Part shown: piece after piece, positions 60,487 through 64,000 of the stretch
Position numbering within the stretch: the first letter of the stretch is position 1
Layout of the letters: the number at the start of each line of letters is the position of its first letter
Assembly: GCA_963667015.2 (NCBI GenBank)
Contig: CAXXJJ010000004.1
Span: 3,584,001 to 3,648,000, forward strand
Direction: 5' to 3'
Source of the DNA: Desulfatiglandales bacterium
GTDB lineage: Bacteria > Desulfobacterota > DSM-4660 > Desulfatiglandales > HGW-15
DNA: 64,000 nucleotides
Notes under the pieces: generated by a model
What the model was told of the DNA's origin: nothing
Databases searched by the model: none
Seen by the model: only the letters and a program-made list of their open reading frames with translations
Translations under genes and position numbers: made by a program

Positions 60487-62289
60487 TTATTCGCGCAATT
60501 CCAGACTTAACCGGAGATAGGATTCCTTGGCTTTTTCATTGCCAGGCGATAGGGCTAAAACCTTTTTATAAACATCCAGGGCATCTTTGGTACGATCAAG
60601 TTTTTCATAAAGGTCGGCGAGCAGCATAAGGGTTGGAACATCATCGGGTTTGCCTTTTAAATAGGTCTCCAACAGGGAAATTGCTTCCTTTTCTTTTCCG
60701 GTATTCAGGCTGGCTATTATCATATATTTGGTTATCTCACTGTCACCGGGATTTTTCTTGAGACCTTCTCTCATTATCTTTGACATTGTCTTGAAGTCTT
60801 TATTTTTATTCAGATAGTCAAAGATAAAGCCATAATATTTCATCTTTTTTGGATCTTTATCTATTATTTTAGATGCCTGCTCATAGGCTGATTTATCATC
60901 CTTCTCTTTTGTGTAAACATCGAAAAGGAATTCCCTTGCATCTGTATCACCGGGATTTGCCTTGAGATATTTAAGAAGGTAACTTTTAGCGCTTTTCGGA
61001 TTACCTGTCTCATATTCGAGCACGCCCAGGTTGAATATGACAGCCCTGTTGTCAGGGACAATAGACAGTATCTTCGTATAATATTCCTTGAGTTTCTTTT
61101 TATCTCCCTTTTTTTCTGCCATATCTGCCAGCAGGAGCCAAGCTTCTACTGATTTCGGCTTTATCTTCAAAACTGCATCAAGATGTGATTCCGCATCTTT
61201 ATATTCCTTCTTTTTAATAAGGCCTTCGGCTATTTTCAGGCGGCTTTCAATATCATCGGGCTTCCTGTCTATTGCCATGTTTAAATACTTATCCGCTTCC
61301 CCCTTATTCCCGATGCGCCCGTACAGTTCGGCCAGATTGTAATAGAGATTTACATCTTCCTTATCCAGTTCAAGGGCCTTTAAGTAATTCTTGACGGCAT
61401 TTTTTGGCCAGTCTTTCTTCGTATAAAGGAATCCGAGGGTTTTATAGACCCATACAAGATCTTCCTTCGGGGCCTCCTCCAGCAGGGCATTATATACATT
61501 TATTGCATCATCTATATTCCCTGAATTTTCATATGATTCGGCAAGCTTATATTTCAATGAAAGGTCATCCGGACTGAGCTTTAAGAGCCGGGTTACTGTA
61601 CTGGTAACCATTCTGCTGTTTTTCACCAGTTCATAAACCTTTAACAGTTTCAGGAGATATTCCTGCCCGGCAGGCCCTTCTGAATTTTTTTCCAGCAGCG
61701 CAGCCGCCTTATTCCATTCGGAAGCTGCAATATATTCATCAGCCAGCATGCCTATAATCTGTACATCATCAAATCCCTCATCCAATGCCCTTTCAAGCAC
61801 CTTTATTTTTTTATCGCTGTCAATGGTCCTTTTTGCCTTATCGATCCAGTCATCTATTTTGGGCTCAATAACCAGTTCAAACTTCCCCAGCTCCTCTGCC
61901 TCGCGTTTTACTTCAACCGTAATCACATGACGGTTGAGCAGGTCACTATCCGGCAGCATCTTTTCAATGGGTGTTTCCTCATATAAAAGGCCGTTGATAT
62001 CCAGGCCTGTTGATACAAGCCTGACACCATAATTGAAGTAAATATTGGTAGATAATTCCTGGATTTTACAACGATCTGACGGGTGGAGTTTAAAGGATTC
62101 CCCCTGAAGGATCTTCAGGGGTTCTCCATTTTTGGTCAAAACAACGTAATTAAACTTGATCTCTTCAGGGAAGACTCCTGTATAGAGGCGGTAGCCTCCA
62201 ACCAGGAGTGCCAGAGTAACCACTATTCCTGCAAGATAAAGAGTATTTCCTGAGCCGGTACGCGGCTTTTTTCTTTTCTTTCTTGCCAA
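60487..62289 (-). CDS. Membrane-anchored TPR protein
   Basis: N-terminal TM and many TPR repeats. Confidence 0.85.
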   Translation of the reverse strand: MARKKRKKPRTGSGNTLYLAGIVVTLALLVGGYRLYTGVFPEEIKFNYVVLTKNGEPLKILQGESFKLHPSDRCKIQELSTNIYFNYGVRLVSTGLDINGLLYEETPIEKMLPDSDLLNRHVITVEVKREAEELGKFELVIEPKIDDWIDKAKRTIDSDKKIKVLERALDEGFDDVQIIGMLADEYIAASEWNKAAALLEKNSEGPAGQEYLLKLLKVYELVKNSRMVTSTVTRLLKLSPDDLSLKYKLAESYENSGNIDDAINVYNALLEEAPKEDLVWVYKTLGFLYTKKDWPKNAVKNYLKALELDKEDVNLYYNLAELYGRIGNKGEADKYLNMAIDRKPDDIESRLKIAEGLIKKKEYKDAESHLDAVLKIKPKSVEAWLLLADMAEKKGDKKKLKEYYTKILSIVPDNRAVIFNLGVLEYETGNPKSAKSYLLKYLKANPGDTDAREFLFDVYTKEKDDKSAYEQASKIIDKDPKKMKYYGFIFDYLNKNKDFKTMSKIMREGLKKNPGDSEITKYMIIASLNTGKEKEAISLLETYLKGKPDDVPTLMLLADLYEKLDRTKDALDVYKKVLALSPGNEKAKESYLRLSLELRE

Positions 62290-62306
62290 AACTTTCCTTT
62301 AAAAAA

Positions 62307-63356
62307 TTACTTTGCCTTGTTGTTCTTGTTAAACTTACCCTCCCATGCCAGAATTATCGGACTGGCAACAAATATCGAGGAGTAGGTTCCTACAAAAACA
62401 CCGATCAACATTGCAAAGGCAAAGTCATGAATAACTCCGCCGCCGAGCACGAACAGGGCAACAACAACAATCAGGGTTGTAACCGATGTAAGGATTGTTC
62501 TGCTCAGGGTCTCATTTATACTTGAATTCATAACCTCTTTAATATCCTGCTTTTTGAACCGTTTAAGGTTTTCACGGATCCTGTCAAATACAACAATGGT
62601 ATCATTAAGAGAATAACCGACTATAGTCAGCAGGGCCGCAATAATGGCAAGAGATATCTCTCTGTCTGTAAGGGCAAATGCACCTATCGTTATGGTTACG
62701 TCATGAATGAGGGCTATTATGGCACCCATTGCATATTTAAGCTTAAGAATCCAGCAGAGGATAATCGTTACAATCAGGGCAACAATGGTCAGCCATATAA
62801 TAGGAATGCCGACTTTATCCCCCACATACACCACGATGGCAAGGGAACCGGCCATAATTATACTCATAGTCCATTTAAGCTCAAAACGGCCTGATATATA
62901 TATGACTATAAAAAGAATGGAAAAGAATATGGCAAAGGTTGCAGCTTCCTTGAGATCATTTCCAACCTTGGGTCCGACAAATTCGAAATCTCTTATCTCT
63001 GCAGAATCACCAAACTTTTCAGTAAGAGCCTGCTGTACTTTGTCACTAAGGTCCGGCGAGTTTTTTTCTGGATCCTGAACCCTGATAAGATATTCATGTT
63101 CCTCCCTGTCGCCAAATTCCTGAATGATGCTGTCCTGAATATCTTCAGGCAGGGCGTCCTTTATCTCGGAAGGCGTGTGAGCATGCCCCATCTTTACCTG
63201 AATCACAATACCACCGGTAAAATCCACTCCCAGATTCAGCCCGCCCCTGTAGAAGAGCATCACAATAGTAAGAACAATCAGCAAAGAGGAAAGGACATAA
63301 GCCTTTTTTCTATTACCGAGAAAATTTATGTTAATATCATCTTTTATAAATTGCAT
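62307..63356 (-). CDS. secF: Protein translocase subunit SecF
   Basis: GVDFTGG, VGPKVG, HDV, GYSLNDTIVVFDRIRE. Confidence 0.95.
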   Translation of the reverse strand: MQFIKDDININFLGNRKKAYVLSSLLIVLTIVMLFYRGGLNLGVDFTGGIVIQVKMGHAHTPSEIKDALPEDIQDSIIQEFGDREEHEYLIRVQDPEKNSPDLSDKVQQALTEKFGDSAEIRDFEFVGPKVGNDLKEAATFAIFFSILFIVIYISGRFELKWTMSIIMAGSLAIVVYVGDKVGIPIIWLTIVALIVTIILCWILKLKYAMGAIIALIHDVTITIGAFALTDREISLAIIAALLTIVGYSLNDTIVVFDRIRENLKRFKKQDIKEVMNSSINETLSRTILTSVTTLIVVVALFVLGGGVIHDFAFAMLIGVFVGTYSSIFVASPIILAWEGKFNKNNKAK

Positions 63357-63395
63357 GAATCAGCTCCATTTATATAAAGGATTATGCGTTTTTCA

Positions 63396-64000
63396 TTAAA
63401 TACTGAGTTTCTTCCAGTTCAGTTTTATATACAGGTAATCAAAAACAAACCTTGCTATGAATACTGCAGTAATAAAGCTTGCCACAATACCAATACTCAG
63501 GGTCACGGCAAAACCCTTTACCGCGCCTGTTCCGAACTGGAATAAAACCAGAGCGGCAATAAAGGTTGTTACATTTGCATCAAGAATTGTAACAGTGGCC
63601 TTGCTGAATCCGCTCTCAATGGCAGTCCTTGGTGTTTTCCCCAGTTTAAGCTCTTCACGTATTCTCTCAAAAATCAACACATTTGCATCTACGGCCATAC
63701 CGATGGTGAGGATAATACCCGCAATACCGGGCAGGGTGAGTGTTGCCTCAAAAACGGCAAGTCCTGCCATTATAAAGATAACATTAAGCAGGAGGGCAAT
63801 ATCCGCAATAATCCCTGAAAAACCATAGTAGATAACCATAAAGATAACCACTATTACGAATCCTGTTATCATGGAGAAAAAACCCTTGTTTATGGAGTCT
63901 TTTCCAAGAGAGGGGCCTACAGTCCTTTCTTCAAGGAAATGAACAGGGGCATCAAGAGAACCGGCCCGCAATACAATGGCCAGATCCCTTGCCTCTTCCA
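63396..64000 (-). CDS. secD: Protein translocase subunit SecD (5'-partial)
   Basis: EEARDLAIVLRAG, VGPSLG, TLPGIAG, GMAVDANVLIFERIREE. Confidence 0.95.
   Translation of the reverse strand, partial: EEARDLAIVLRAGSLDAPVHFLEERTVGPSLGKDSINKGFFSMITGFVIVVIFMVIYYGFSGIIADIALLLNVIFIMAGLAVFEATLTLPGIAGIILTIGMAVDANVLIFERIREELKLGKTPRTAIESGFSKATVTILDANVTTFIAALVLFQFGTGAVKGFAVTLSIGIVASFITAVFIARFVFDYLYIKLNWKKLSI

Overview
Chromosomal window from an anaerobic Gram-negative bacterium. The gene content (two 2-oxoacid:ferredoxin oxidoreductases, sigma54 regulators, FIST, a probable selenoprotein) suggests Desulfobacterota; this is inference. Layout: (1) 1-11333, a redox/central-carbon cluster (NqrF-like, GltD-like, flavoprotein, OFOR alpha/beta, gdhA, aconitase, fumC). 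(2) About 11800-19900, an integron gene-cassette array with no intI in the window: a candidate attI preceded by four palindromes, three intact attC sites, a 301-bp MITE inserted into a later attC, and increasingly decayed distal cassettes. (3) 20-34 kb, envelope genes, a TetR-Lol-like ABC operon and korDABC. (4) 34-38.7 kb, a decayed accessory patch (putA remnant, IS200/IS605-type palindromic element, TA pair with a Cys-rich RelE-like toxin, RHS/transposase chimera, orphan toxin tip plus Imm11). (5) 38.8-64 kb, signalling and housekeeping genes, including a split ORF that is probably one 576-aa exported UxxC selenoprotein with a SECIS-like hairpin, a qseEGF-like triad, a c-di-GMP-I riboswitch before a FliL-like gene, a small RHH-like gene bracketed by three GTTACATGTAAC palindromes, and secF/secD. 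All family calls come from motif recognition by eye; no searches were run.
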